This document shows positions 1 through 13,500 of a stretch of 64,000 bases of DNA, in pieces (the stretch's first letter is position 1; the number at the start of each line of letters is the position of its first letter). The notes under the pieces were generated by a model, which saw only the letters and a program-made list of their open reading frames with translations, searched no databases and was not told where the DNA came from. Made by a program: the position numbers and the translations under genes. Origin of the DNA: Saccostrea echinata (Eukaryota); contig NW_026889758.1 of assembly GCF_033153115.1 (NCBI RefSeq), forward strand, positions 44,516,001-44,580,000. The letters are read 5' to 3'.

Positions 1-205
1 GGATGCTGTTTTTAACTTTTTAAAACATTTTTTTTTAACAATTCTGGTAATTGTAATTCAAAAGTTTACACAAAAAATTAAATATTTCCCAAATTTATAA
101 TTGCATACATAATACTGGAATTTTAGTCTCCATATCACGATAAGTATCGTGCAATAAAAAATCATGATATATATACCAGTACACCAATAAAATTATGCAT
201 CCCTA
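1..205. mobile_element. Right end of a hAT-like MITE (…GCATCCCTA)
   Basis: CCCTA terminus and TATC/GATA sub-terminal repeats as in the 24108-24581 element; left end is outside the window. Confidence 0.45.
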
Positions 206-448
206 ACAACTGTACATAAAAACAGTCATAACATATATCAGATGGGAAACCTCCAGATTAACCCACATCAGAATACATGTACTATAATTCTGTTCATGTG
301 AAAACTAAGCTTACATTTTGTAAATACATGTTATAAATCTGCTAATATAAAATCACATAACACTGAATTTGAAGCTCCTACATGTAGATCCTGTAAATCT
401 GTAAGAAAGATAAGCATGTACAAAATTTTCAGCACACTGAATATTTAC

Positions 449-532
449 CTCTGGTATAGTGTACAATCCAGCAAATATAAGGGAAGATAAAAAGTTGTCC
501 CTTCCATCACTTCTGACTTCAAAAATGGGAAT
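449..532 (-). CDS. ASPG: ASPG exon 5 ([28 protein letters not shown])
   Basis: 84-nt phase-0 exon read manually; cttacag / gtaaat boundaries. Confidence 0.9.
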
Positions 533-3500
533 CTGTAAGATATAATACTTGTGTACATATTTGATTACAGTAAAACAAGTTGCTTGAATACTTCAAAAAT
601 GGGAATCTGTAAGATGTAATATTTACATACACATTTACAGTAAAACAAATGAAAGGAAATTCATTTATTTTAGAGTTGTCTCAAAGGGCTTCATTAGTGG
701 TAAGTGAACTAGGGGCTAAATATGTTACGCATGCAGGTCTGGTAAAAGAACCCTGTTCCGATTGAAAATGATTTTTTTTTCCCCCAAATTAGGAGAAATT
801 TTCAAATGACAAGCAGATAAAATTTTTCAGTGCTTTTCATAATCAATCTTGAATTACGAGATCACATAAAGATAAGCCTACAATTTGTCATTATTCCACA
901 GTACTTATAATAAAATGTCAATACTTTCAAATTTTGCCACTTTTTGTAATATAAAATTCCCAACTGAAAGTGTTCAGGGTCCAAAAATGGTCAATTAAGC
1001 ACTGTTATACTTATGTCCATCTCTTTAATTAAAAAGCTCGAACTTTTTGATGTCATATGAGACATGTGTGTACAGTGTACCGGGTATAGGGTAAAAATAA
1101 CTAAAGGTGATAATTACCCTGTGTACAGTATTGGCAAGTGTGTTGAGGTCACTAAAATTGAAAATCACTAACAATTCATTCTGTACTGGATGTAAGACAT
1201 CTTTCAGATAGCATTTTTACTGACAATTTTACTGAGCATAATATCTTCTGATCCTTGGTCAGACAACCTGTTTGTTTGGTCCCAAAGAAACTTATTTGGC
1301 AGCTGGGTAATACTTGTTCAAAACTGCTAAATGACCATCTGATGATATACCTGAGATCCTGTAAGTATGATAGGCTTGCCAAGGTTCTCACACATGAAAG
1401 ACAAAGCTGAGGCTGTGTATGCCATTGTATCAGTCCCATGTAGCACAACAAATCCATCATAACAGTCATAATGTTCCTGAAAAACAGAAAGATCATTCAC
1501 TGACAAATGTAACATATTGTTGAAGACATTCAGGGAGAATCTTGTTAAACAGCAATACATGTCAAATTAAATTAGGTTTTCTAAATTTCTAATCCTTAAC
1601 ATTTACTGTCCAATGTGCTTTGAAAAATAAATTTTTTTTACAGTTCTTTTTTTTTTGGACAAGAATGCTTCCAGTGCCTGACTTGCATATATGTCTGAAA
1701 CAATACTGTTTGTGACATACTCACAAGTATGTCTGAGGCAAAACTGTGATTGAAAAGTATATGCTTTTGTCTCAAATGTACTGGTATGTCTGAGGAAATA
1801 TTGTGCAAATCAACTGTTATGTTTATGGCTATGCTGCTTATAAATGTGAAACTCACATGAAAGTCTTAGAAAATGTTTTCGGTGGGTTCCAAATAGTACA
1901 TTTGAGGCAATGCTCTTTGTGTATGACTTGCATGCACTTGCAATGATTCCTATGTATAACTCACATGAATACTTCCATGGGCCAATGCTGTATGTATATC
2001 TCAGGTAGTGCTGGATGTATGTGACTAACAAACATGCTTCCAATATGGGATTCACATACATGTATATGTCTGAGGCAATGCTGGTTAAGTATGAATTACG
2101 ACTTTGTATGTCTGAGGCAATGCTTCCTGTGTATGACGTGCATTATGTCTGAAGCACATTTTTGTATGGAGGCAATACTGCCTGTGTGCGTCTTACATGT
2201 ATGTCTGAGTCAATGCTGCCTGAGTGTGACTGATATAATCCAAGACAATCCTCCTTCTGTATGACTTGCTACATTACTGAGGCATTGCTCAGTGTGCAAC
2301 TCATATGTGTGCATTACTCACATGTATGTCTGGAGGCAACACTGCTTGTGTTGCAGTCTCTCACATATATAGTAAATTAGCTGCAATAATGTAGCCCTCT
2401 CCGATTTTTTTAATCTGATATTTTCAGGAGAGGGCTACAATTCCACTGCTTCTCCGTAATGGTGCAAATACATTTTTTAGATACGGCCGACTGCAGGCAA
2501 AATAAATTATTTTAACATTCAACTTACTTCCAGTAAGACAGAAATTTCATTCACTGTCAACAACATAGCCCTTTATACTCAAAAACCATGTAAAATAAAT
2601 CTGTGTGTTTACTGATCATTCTCCTCAGCAGCCATGACAGTTCTTGTGTGATGAACTGAGACTTGCGCTTGAAATTTAGAATCACTTAATAAAGTAAATG
2701 TCGGTATTGATAAATTTTTGTGTTGTATGGTATCACTAACCATCGATAAATAAAAGCATTCCATGAACAATGATATTTATGCTTAAAATAAGGAAAATCC
2801 TAAATAGATCCGCTCCCTAGATCCCAAATTCTCATTGGTAGTCCCAAAATAAAATGGATCAAGGTCAGTAAACATGGCGGATAAATTCAAGTTGTGATGT
2901 TGACATACACGAAAAATAACTATATATGGATTGTTCTGTATATTTTTGGATAAATTCAGGTCTTGCATAACTACATTTTATAAGTTCAGGTAACTAAAGA
3001 TACATTAATAAAATTGCCACTTGCTGAAAATTTGAGCCAAAATCAGTGCAGGAGTGAATCACTCCTGCACTTGCACCATTACGGAGATCCTAAGGAGTTG
3101 TAGCCCTCTCCCCCCCCCCCCCCCCCAAAAAAAAAAAAATCGGAGAGGGCTATATTATTGCAGCTAACTGTAAATTACTTATTTTAGCAGTGATGATATT
3201 TTAGCACCTTTTACACTGCTTCATATCTGCTAATTTATGTACATGGTAGCTAATATGCGATTTAAACTACAGGACAATACTTATTTTCAAAATTCAAATA
3301 CTGTCCATCTAATTTATGATTGCACTATCAATGTAAAAGAAGGATTGTACTTAATTTTGAGTGTGTTAATTTATGTACATTTACAGTATGTCTGAGGCAA
3401 TGATATCTAAGTGTGACTCACAGGTATGTCTGAGGCAATGCTGTCTACGTGTGACTCACAGGTATGTCTGAGGCAATGCTGTCTAAGTGTGACTCACAGA

Positions 3501-6500
3501 TATGTATGAGGCAATGCTGTCTAAGTGTGATGCACAGATATGTATGCGGCAATGCTGTCTATGTGTGACTCACAGATATGTATGAGGCAATGCTGTCTAA
3601 GTGTGACTCACAGATATGTCTAAGGCAATGCTGCCTAAGTGTGACTCATAGATATGTGTTAGGCAATGCTGCCTAAGTGTGACTCACAGATATATGTATG
3701 AGGCAATGCTGTCTAAGTGTGACTCACAGGTATGTGTGAGGCAATGCTGCCTAAGTGTGACTCACAGATATGTATGAGGCAATGCTGTCTAAGTGTGACT
3801 CACAGGTATGTCTGAGGTAATGCTGCCTAAGTGTGACTCACATGTATGTCTAAGGCAATGCTGTCTAAGTGTGACTCACAGATATGTATGAGGCAATGCT
3901 GTCTAAGTGTGATTCACAGATATGTCTGAGGCAATGCTGCCTAAGTGTGACTCACAGATATGTCTGAGGCAATGCTGCCTAAGTGTGACTCACAGATATG
4001 TCTGAGGCAATGCTGTCTAAGTGTGATTCACAGATATGTCTGAGGCAATGCTGCCTAAGTGTGACTCACAGATATGTCTGAGGCAATGCTGCCTAAGTGT
4101 GACTCACAGATATGTATGAGGCAATGCTGTCTAAGTGTGACTCACAGATATGTCTGAGGCAATGCTGTCTAAGTGTGACTCACAGATATGTCTGAGGCAA
4201 TGCTGCCTAAGTGTGACTCACAGATATGTATGAGGCAATGCTGCCTAAGTGTGACTCACATGTATGTCTGAGGCAATGCTGTCTAAGTGTGACTCACAGA
4301 TATGTCTGAGGCAATGCTGCCTAAGTGTGACTCACAGATATGTATGAGGCAATGCTGTCTAAGTGTGACTCACAGATATGTCTGAGGCAATGCTGCCTAA
4401 GTGTGACTCACAGATATGTCTGAGGCAATGCTGCCTAAGTGTGACTCACATGTATGTCTGAGGCAATGCTGTCTAAGTGTGACTCACAGATATGTCTGAG
4501 GCAATGCTGCCTAAGTGTGACTCACAGATATGTATGAGGCAATGCTGTCTAAGTGTGACTCACAGATATGTCTGAGGCAATGCTGCCTAAGTGTGACTCA
4601 CAGATATGTCTGAGGCAATGCTGCCTAAGTGTGACTCACAGATATGTATGAGGCAATGCTGTCTAAGTGTGACTCACAGGTATGTCTGAGGCAATGCTGT
4701 CTAAGTGTGACTCACAGATATGTCTGAGGCAATGCTGCCTAAGTGTGACTCACAGATATGTATGAGGCAATGCTGCCTAAGTGTGACTCACATGTATGTC
4801 TGAGGCAATGCTGTCTAAGTGTGACTCACAGATATGTATGAGGCAATGCTGTCTAAGTGTGACTCACAGATATGTATGAGGCAATGCTGCCTAAGTGTGA
4901 CTCACATATATGTATGAGGCAATGCTGTCTAAGTGTGACTCACAGATATGTATGAGGCAATGCTGCCTAAGTGTGACTCACAGATATGTATGAGGCAATG
5001 CTGTCTAAGTGTGACTCACAGATAAGTCTGAGGTAATGCTGCCTTTGTATGACTCACATGAATGTCTGAGGCAATCTTCCCCCAGTCGGTCATCATCATG
5101 TTGCTAGAGTCCAGTAGTGGTTTATATTCCAATATTCTGTACATCACTCTTCTCCCTCTCTGGTGACTACATAATACAGACAACAAAACCAGTAGGACAT
5201 ACTGAAGCTCACACTGGCTTTTCATTTTTCTTATGAAGAAATGCAATGTTATCTAAATTGAGGCTTGACCTTTCCCCTCGATTCTATAGGACAAGCACAT
5301 AATTTTTATATAATTTGATCTCATGAAGTGAAACTTAAAACATTTTTTTCTATATTTCTCTATCACACTTTTATGGCCCCTCTCCAGACTAATAAACAAA
5401 TTCATTGCACAAAAATTATGTGATTCTATATACAGCTTTAATTCATGGTTTCAGGTTTCCTAAGAAATCAATTCTCTTTCTATTTTGAATTTACAATTTC
5501 TATCATTTTTTACTATGTGGATCTATTGTTCAATTCTTACTTCCCTGACTGCAGCAAATATAAAGCTTTAAAACAGTGAAGTACTCAAATGGCAGATAAA
5601 TAAAGATAAAACATTTCTGAATGTTCTATCAACCTGTTATGATATCACATCCTGGCAATTTAACACAAGTAAATAGTTAGAAGACAAAATTCTCTTACTT
5701 TTATAAAAAAATAAAATAAATAAATACTCATTATAGCATGAACCTTTAAACAAATTAACATGCAAGCAAACAATTTGGGATCTTCCAAAACCCTTTAGAA
5801 CTCTCTCATTGGAATAAACTCAAAACACAAAATAAACAATTTCAATTTTGGCAAAGACATAACAATTAAAACTTACCTTGATTTAACACCCATATATTCT
5901 TTGGGTCTGTATTCAAATTAATCATGGTTACACAAGAAGTTCCAATGAACATCATCAAATAAACCATTTACACACACAAAGTAATCATTATTATCTGATA
6001 TCTCAACTTAATGTTGGTTCTGTTTAAATAATATTAAACTTAATATATTTTTCAGGGTTTAATTTTTAGTGCAACATATGTAGAACATTTGAACATTATT
6101 AATATTATAATTACAGGAGACAAGAAAACCTAGAATCATATATATCTATAACTTTAATACCCGTGCAATAGACACAACAGTAAGGGTACCCTTATTAAAA
6201 ATTACTGTCTAGTAAAATAAAGTTATTGTGAATGGCTAATTGGACAATCTCTTAGGAAAAGTATTAAAAATCATTATACCAGATTAGGGCTGTCACGGTT
6301 CCAAAATTTTTTGAGTCGGGTCAGTTCTGTAAATTTTCGGTTCAGTTTCGGGTTTTTCGTTTTGGTTATTTTCATCTATTTTAAACCTTAATTTCATGAA
6401 TTTAACATGAAAAATCTTTATTTGCTACATTAAGTTCACCTTGAAAACAAGTCCTAACCATGTTAACATTTTGATATTGGTGTTTAACACTTCTAGGCTG

Positions 6501-6997
6501 ACTATTAGCTACAACCTGACCATTCTTGCTAATTGATAATAATTAACTAATCCTTTTGTGACAAGTGTTTTGTCACGAAATTAAGCAGATTTTAGTGTCA
6601 TGTTTATTTATCACTGTTATCGTCATCTTTCTTTTGATTTCAATGCCATTTTTTGTTTAAAACATATTCTAATATACAAATACATTGCCAAATACAAATA
6701 TTTATTGGCACAAACACAATTACAATAATTGACATATAAACAAGAGCTGAACCGAAATTCGGAAAATTGGAACCGAAAATGAACCGAACAACTTGGACCA
6801 CGGTTTTTGATTATTTCGGGAAACCATGACAGCCTTATACCAGATAAATACTAAGGAAATTCACCGGTAATCATTTCATCTGATAAATCGATTTGTATTT
6901 TAGTTTTTCAAAATGAATATTTTTTAAATGCATGTTTACTTGTTCTAACTTTTTGAAAAACACAAAATTATATGCCCCAACAAAATCCCCACTGGCC

Positions 6998-7029
<32 letters not shown>

Positions 7030-9661
7030 AGAGACAAAAATTTAAACCCCACAAAGTTTTTGCATGTTCAGTGAAATCTTACACTTTTACTGCAGTTATT
7101 GTATCTATTATAATCAACACTCATTTAGAAGGAATCTCATATAGATCTACAGAACTATATAATATGCATGAAAAATTTTACACTCACACCCATTAATGTC
7201 TTAGTAGATTGTTAAATAATTTGAAAATATATATAATATTAATTTACATGTTTTAACGATCACACCTACTTCAGTTATATTTACTGTAGCAGGCCAGATT
7301 GAAGATTTGTGCTGAGTAAGTTAGGAATAAATGTACACGAGGATTACTACAGTATTACCAATTCTGTGAAATTTTCACTAACATAAATTTGCCCAGTCAT
7401 ATAAGTTTTACATGACCTTTTCTAAATTCTGGCTCTCAGTGTCATTAGAATAAAAAAAATTATTAATATGTACAGGCAAATGAAAATGAAAATTCCTTGA
7501 AAAGTGTTAACCCAACCTGAAAGTCTACATAAAGTACCTGTGACTTGCTGTTTGTAGAGTACAATTACTGCAATTAATTTATCAGTATCTTTATGCTAGC
7601 ATGACATCACATTGACACAAAACACAACATCACTAGGGCAAAACTATTTATAATCACACTTAGAAGCTGGAATATCTGTAAAACACAATGCTTTGGGAGT
7701 TGGCAAATTCCAAGCTGATATTGCTCCCTTCTCATGACCTTGACCCTAAATTGATTTAAAGGTTTGATCATGACCTTCAGTTCAGAGTTCAAGAAACACA
7801 TGTTTGGCCTGCAGGTGATCATGAGCTTTATGTGATCTCATCTCTCTGTTAGAAACACTGACAAATAACTTGAAGACAGATAGCAGACAAGAAACCCTAT
7901 GTCTGCCAGCTGCTCTGCAACTGACACAAAAAAATGCATTTATATACAAATTTGAATTTCATTTAAAAAGTTATAAAAATATGACATAAAATGAATTCTA
8001 TTTTTAGTAACTGTCATTTTATCAAGAATTTCTAAGTATACTGTAATGTAGTTTTCAGTTAAGGACCCCTTATACATTGCACACTCAAGACTTCTAATTC
8101 CATTGTATTTTTTTGCAGTTAGTTGATCTGCCCTTAAATATAAAATGAAATATTTGAAATCTACAACATTTTACTCTATTTGTTATTATTTCAAGCTTAT
8201 TAGGCCACTGAACACTTTACTTGCATGTGTTTTAGGTCTGGTATACATGATAAAACTTGCCTTACAAGTCTAAAACCTGACATTTTTGCAGGTTGTATGC
8301 TCTCATGTGTAACAGGAAAGGAGAAAATATATGGTTGGAACCTGGGACCCCTGCATCACTAATCAGGTGCTCTACCAATTGAGCTTCATGGCCCAAACCA
8401 TTACATTCCTCCCTCCTTAAATTGTCTTCGCCCTCAAAGACACAACCTAAGTTCTTATTTGCCCCTGGCAAAACTTTCACCTGGAAGTCCAGGGGTTGTC
8501 AACAACACTAAATCTGTAACAGGAAAGGAGAAAATGTATGGCTGGACTGGGAATCAAACCCGGGACCCCTGCATCACTAGGTGCTCTACCAATTGTGCTA
8601 CCCAGGCCCATATCCATGGCCCAAGCCATTACACATGTCTACACGCTAAGGCAAAGACTAACAAGATAATAAAAAAACATTTCCATAAATTTTTCAGCCC
8701 TAAACAGTGCATTCAATCATTAAAATAGAAGACAATGTTACTAAGCCATTGTAATTATTTTACTGACCAATGCATTCACACTTCTTAAAAAGAGGGAGAG
8801 CAGAACAGAAACATTTGTGGATACATTCATTATTTCATTTGGAAAAAACAACTTTGTATTCACTTCAATCTACCCACGTGTGTGGTTTGATAAAACATGA
8901 GGCCCATGGGCCACATCGCTCACCTGAGTAACTTTGGACATGCTGTTCTATACCAGATTTCACCCCTTGTAATACCTATTGTGGCCCTGCCCTACCCCCA
9001 GGGGTCATGATTTGAACAATTTAGAATCTACACTACCCCAGGATGCTTCCACATAAGTTTCAGCTTTTCTGATCCAGTTGCTCTTGGATTCCCTATTGTG
9101 GCCCCGCACTATCCCCGGGGGTCCTGATTTCAACAATTTAAAATCTACACTACCTGAGAATGCTTTGCCTTAAGTTTCAGCTTTTTTGGCCCAGTGGTTC
9201 TTGAGAAGAAGATTTTAAAGATTTTCCTTACATATTTCAATGTAAAACTTGGATTCCCTATTGTGGTCCCGCCCTACCCCCAGGGGTCATGATTTGAACA
9301 ATTTAGAATCTACACTACCCAAGGATGCTTCCAGATAAGTTTCAGCTTTTCTGGCCCAGTCAGGTTCTTGAGAAGAAGATTTTTAAAGATTTTTCTTATA
9401 TATTTCAATGTAAAATTTGGATTCCCTATTGTGGCCCCGCCCTACCCTCGGGGGTCATGATTTGAACAATTTAGAATCTACACTACCCCAGGATGCTTCC
9501 ACATAAGTTTCAGCTTTTCTAGCCAAGTGGTTCTTGAGAAGAAGATTTTTTAATGACCCCACCCTATTTTTGTCTTTTCTTGATTATCTTGTTGAAGTTG
9601 AAAATGTGAAAAGTTTACAGAAGGACAGACGGATGGATGGACAGACGATGGACAACGGGTA

Positions 9662-9705
<44 letters not shown>

Positions 9706-10540
9706 TAGATGGACACTTGGGCAAATAGTTTTCACTGGCTAAGAAGAAAATGTCAGCTAAGTCTTGTATTAAGAAATAGGGTAGTGCTTTATTCATAGCT
9801 CAGACTTGTAAGGCTCGAAAAATGTGTATTAGGGGTGTACACACGGTAAGGCTAGAACTTAAATTCCATGACTTATAAGACAAGCTTTATAATGTTTATC
9901 AGCCTTTAATAAGCAACAGTGATTTCTGTTAAACAATACCATGTTGTCTTTGAATTTTTTTTTCCTGAGGGTAAGTGGCAAGTTCCCTACATTGAAAATG
10001 AAAAAGATAGATTCAATAATTACACCTTTATATAATTTTCTTAATGTCCAAAAAACATTTTTCATTAGTGTATAAAGGGTTCTTAACAAGAGTGCAGAAA
10101 AATAAGCTAATATTTATCGTATTCTAGGTTTATACAACATGAAATACGTACTATAAAGTGTCAGTAAAATTAGGAAATTCTATACTTAGAAATATGCAAT
10201 CTAATTAAAATTAGATGTTAGATACTCGCTACACTAATGTTAGTGTAGCTAGTATGCGAGCGGATCTAACATCTAATTTTAATTAGATTGAGAAATATGA
10301 AACATATGAAGAAACAAAGGGAAGGACAGATCACCAAAATGAAAATTTCACAATTTAAAAGTCTTCAATATTAAAAGTCATTTACCGGTAACATTACAAT
10401 AACAATTTTCAAAAATAAACAAGGACACCATGAAGGAAAACACCAATTCCAAATGTAATAGCAAGAATGAACAATTTTCTTTTTTCTTTCTTTTGATTAC
10501 ATTCAGACAACATTCACTACCCTATCTACATTTATGGCAA

Positions 10541-10576
<36 letters not shown>

Positions 10577-13500
10577 CAGCTGTTGTCAACTGGCTGCTTC
10601 TTTATTCTATTTCATACTTTCATTGAAAACAAGACACTATTAATCTCATCATTATGTTTCGTCTTTCTAACCCCAAATCAACATTTTTTTTTCTCTTGTT
10701 TTCTTGAAGCCCTGTAAGTAGACAGACAAAATAACTACATACTTATTACTAGTACTTCTTCTTATACAGTATCCAAAACATTTTGCACTGATAATTGTGA
10801 CCAGTAAAACCTAAAATATATATGCTTTCTCAAATTTCCGTCTATTTCTTTTGCTTAAAATACCACTGTATAAATACCAGGCAATTTTCTGCATTTTCTA
10901 TTGAAATTACCGGTACGTGGATAACTATGAAAAAAAACTAAACTGAGAATATAGACTTTACTACTGACATTTTTTGTTCACAGTAATATAAACATGCTGT
11001 ACTTATTGGCTCATAGAATCAATTAGTACAAGAATAATGCCCTTTATGAAGTCAAATAAATGGCATTTTCTTTAAGATTCCAAGAGCCTGACCTTCAATC
11101 TTTTGGCCTCCATATCAACATCAAATATATGCTAAACTTTTCCTCTTCCAAACTTAACAATGTATATACATTTATCCCAGGGAACAAAGTGACACTCTTT
11201 TAAAATAAATTCACAACATATCTATTGAAGCATAATTGCATGCTTTAAATATATCCTTCTGTGAAGAACAAGCACGGCCAAATGTCTTCATCCTACCATT
11301 TTCGTGCAGAATGCCAAGCCTATTGAAACATCTTATATCAACAACCGTGTGTTCAATACTATAATGAGTGAGAGAATTAATACAGCCAAAATTACCATTA
11401 GATATACTGAAGTTACAAAGGGGCAATACTGAGAACTTGCTAGTAGCCATTCCAAACAGTTGTGAGTGACAAACAAGGTTTACATGTACATACCCACCTA
11501 TTTAGGTCCTCCATTTCTCCATACATCAGTCCATGACTTCAGAAGAAATATAAGTGAAAAGGGTTTTATAAGTCATGGACTTAATGTTCCCTTCAAACTG
11601 ACTGGATGAGCTTTGGAGTTACTTTTTCTAACTACTGTTTAGCAAAATTTTCTAACAACTGTTTAACATTATTTTTTCTAATGTTTTCCTAACAAAGATG
11701 AATTACGGATAGTTATGTAAAATTATTTCGTTGACTCCAATTTCACTAAAAATTTGCTGAAAATATATAAACCTTTGTGCATAAAAGGCAGAAATTCAAA
11801 TTATTAAAGAAAAAAAATTAACACTGAAGGAGATAAAAATCATTGATTGAATACATGTTGTTAAAAACTATGTTCCATGTTCATTTCAAAAAGAATTTTT
11901 TATATACTTTTTAAATATATTTAATTTACTGGAAATCAATGTCAACATAAGCACGTTCAAATAGCCTTGAGATTCTTCAAACTAACATTTTGTTAGGCCT
12001 AATATAAGCTCACTTACTGGAAAGTTCCTTTTTCTTATTGACTTCCATGAATTTATAATTATGTTTACACAAAAAACAACCAGCTTACATGGACTGATGT
12101 CAGAACTTCTTCTTAGCATTTTCTTACAAATGTTAGATTTGCAATAATTTTTTTTTTGAGTTTCAGTAAACGTTTATACAACAATTAAATATGTAATTAA
12201 TAATTCTTACTATTTCTGTTTTTAATGATTATTTTACAAGTAGTGTCCAAACGCCTTATAAAATGTGCCTGCCCAAAGCCTGACTTTTCTGAATTAATAC
12301 CCTGTAATTACTAGACCCAGGCATATGTAGGGGCAGGAAATTCATACACTGATATAAGGTCTATTATTTTTATGTAATAGAGGAAACATGCAGTTAATGT
12401 ATTACAATAATTTTCAAACAAGTCCCATATTTCATAATTCTGAATACTGTAAATATTGCAGAATTGCATACATATACATACGGCATGATGAGAAAATCTC
12501 CTTCATCTTCTCCTAAATTTTCATCAGCATAGGCATTGTCATGGAACATTGGGAGTGTCCTCAGCTTATTGACAAGAAAGTCTTCTTTTGGTTCATACAC
12601 TGGAAGAAATGAATAAATCTATTTCATGATGTCCAAGAATTACTTTTGTGCTTGACAAAATGCAACTTTTTTGAATTTTAAAATCCTGATAAAAGTCAGA
12701 AAGTAATGTTATTTTTTCTTCTTTTTTCAGTAGTAAAATAAAGAACCAATTGTTTTTTGTGAGAGTGCCAATGATCCTATATAAAGTTGTATATACACCA
12801 ACTCCTAATAATTTTCAATGGCCCCCACCCCCAATCCCCACCTGTGTTACGTACAGGTTATCAAAAAAAAGAAGAAGAAAAATTTATTTCTCCATATTAA
12901 ATATTGAATGCACTTTAAATAATATTATATTGAAATTAGGAAAAAAATATGCATTTAAGAAATATCATTGTACCAAATGAAACTTAATCCCTCAGATTTA
13001 TCTTGTTACTGCATTTCCTACAAGGCACTTCCTACCGGAGACAAGGAATAGCAATATATGTGAGTAAAAAAAAAATTACAGTATAACAATACTTTTACTG
13101 TTAGACTACTCATTTTCTAGTTTACTTATTATACTCTAGCTGTCATAACACACCCATATGCTTAAAACATAAAGTTAATCAAATACATGTATAAGCTCAC
13201 TTGTAATGTGCATCTGTAAATACATAACAACATGCATGCAAGTTAGGTCTTGGTACTTGCGAAAAGTCCCGCTTTGAAAATTTTGAACTATTAATTCATC
13301 TGGAAAATGTAGATCTGATGCAGCATCTAATGCAGGTCTAAAGAGTGTGCATCCCTAAATGCATTAACCATGCCAGTTTGGTCACCAGAAGGCTTAAAGT
13401 TACAGTACTGTAGATCACTTTTTATTTTCAAGAACTTGATGTTCACATAAATACGCGAGACTACCTGCTCGCGGAAATTTAATTCTCAGGTATATTTGTA

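Noticed and set aside
3386-5075. CRISPR-like appearance of the 38-bp array
   Set aside because: Units are contiguous with no unique spacers, there are no cas genes, and the context is a eukaryotic intron; it is a minisatellite.
8515-8633. Functional tRNA gene
   Set aside because: Only degenerate A/B boxes with no convincing cloverleaf, embedded in LTR-like repeats.
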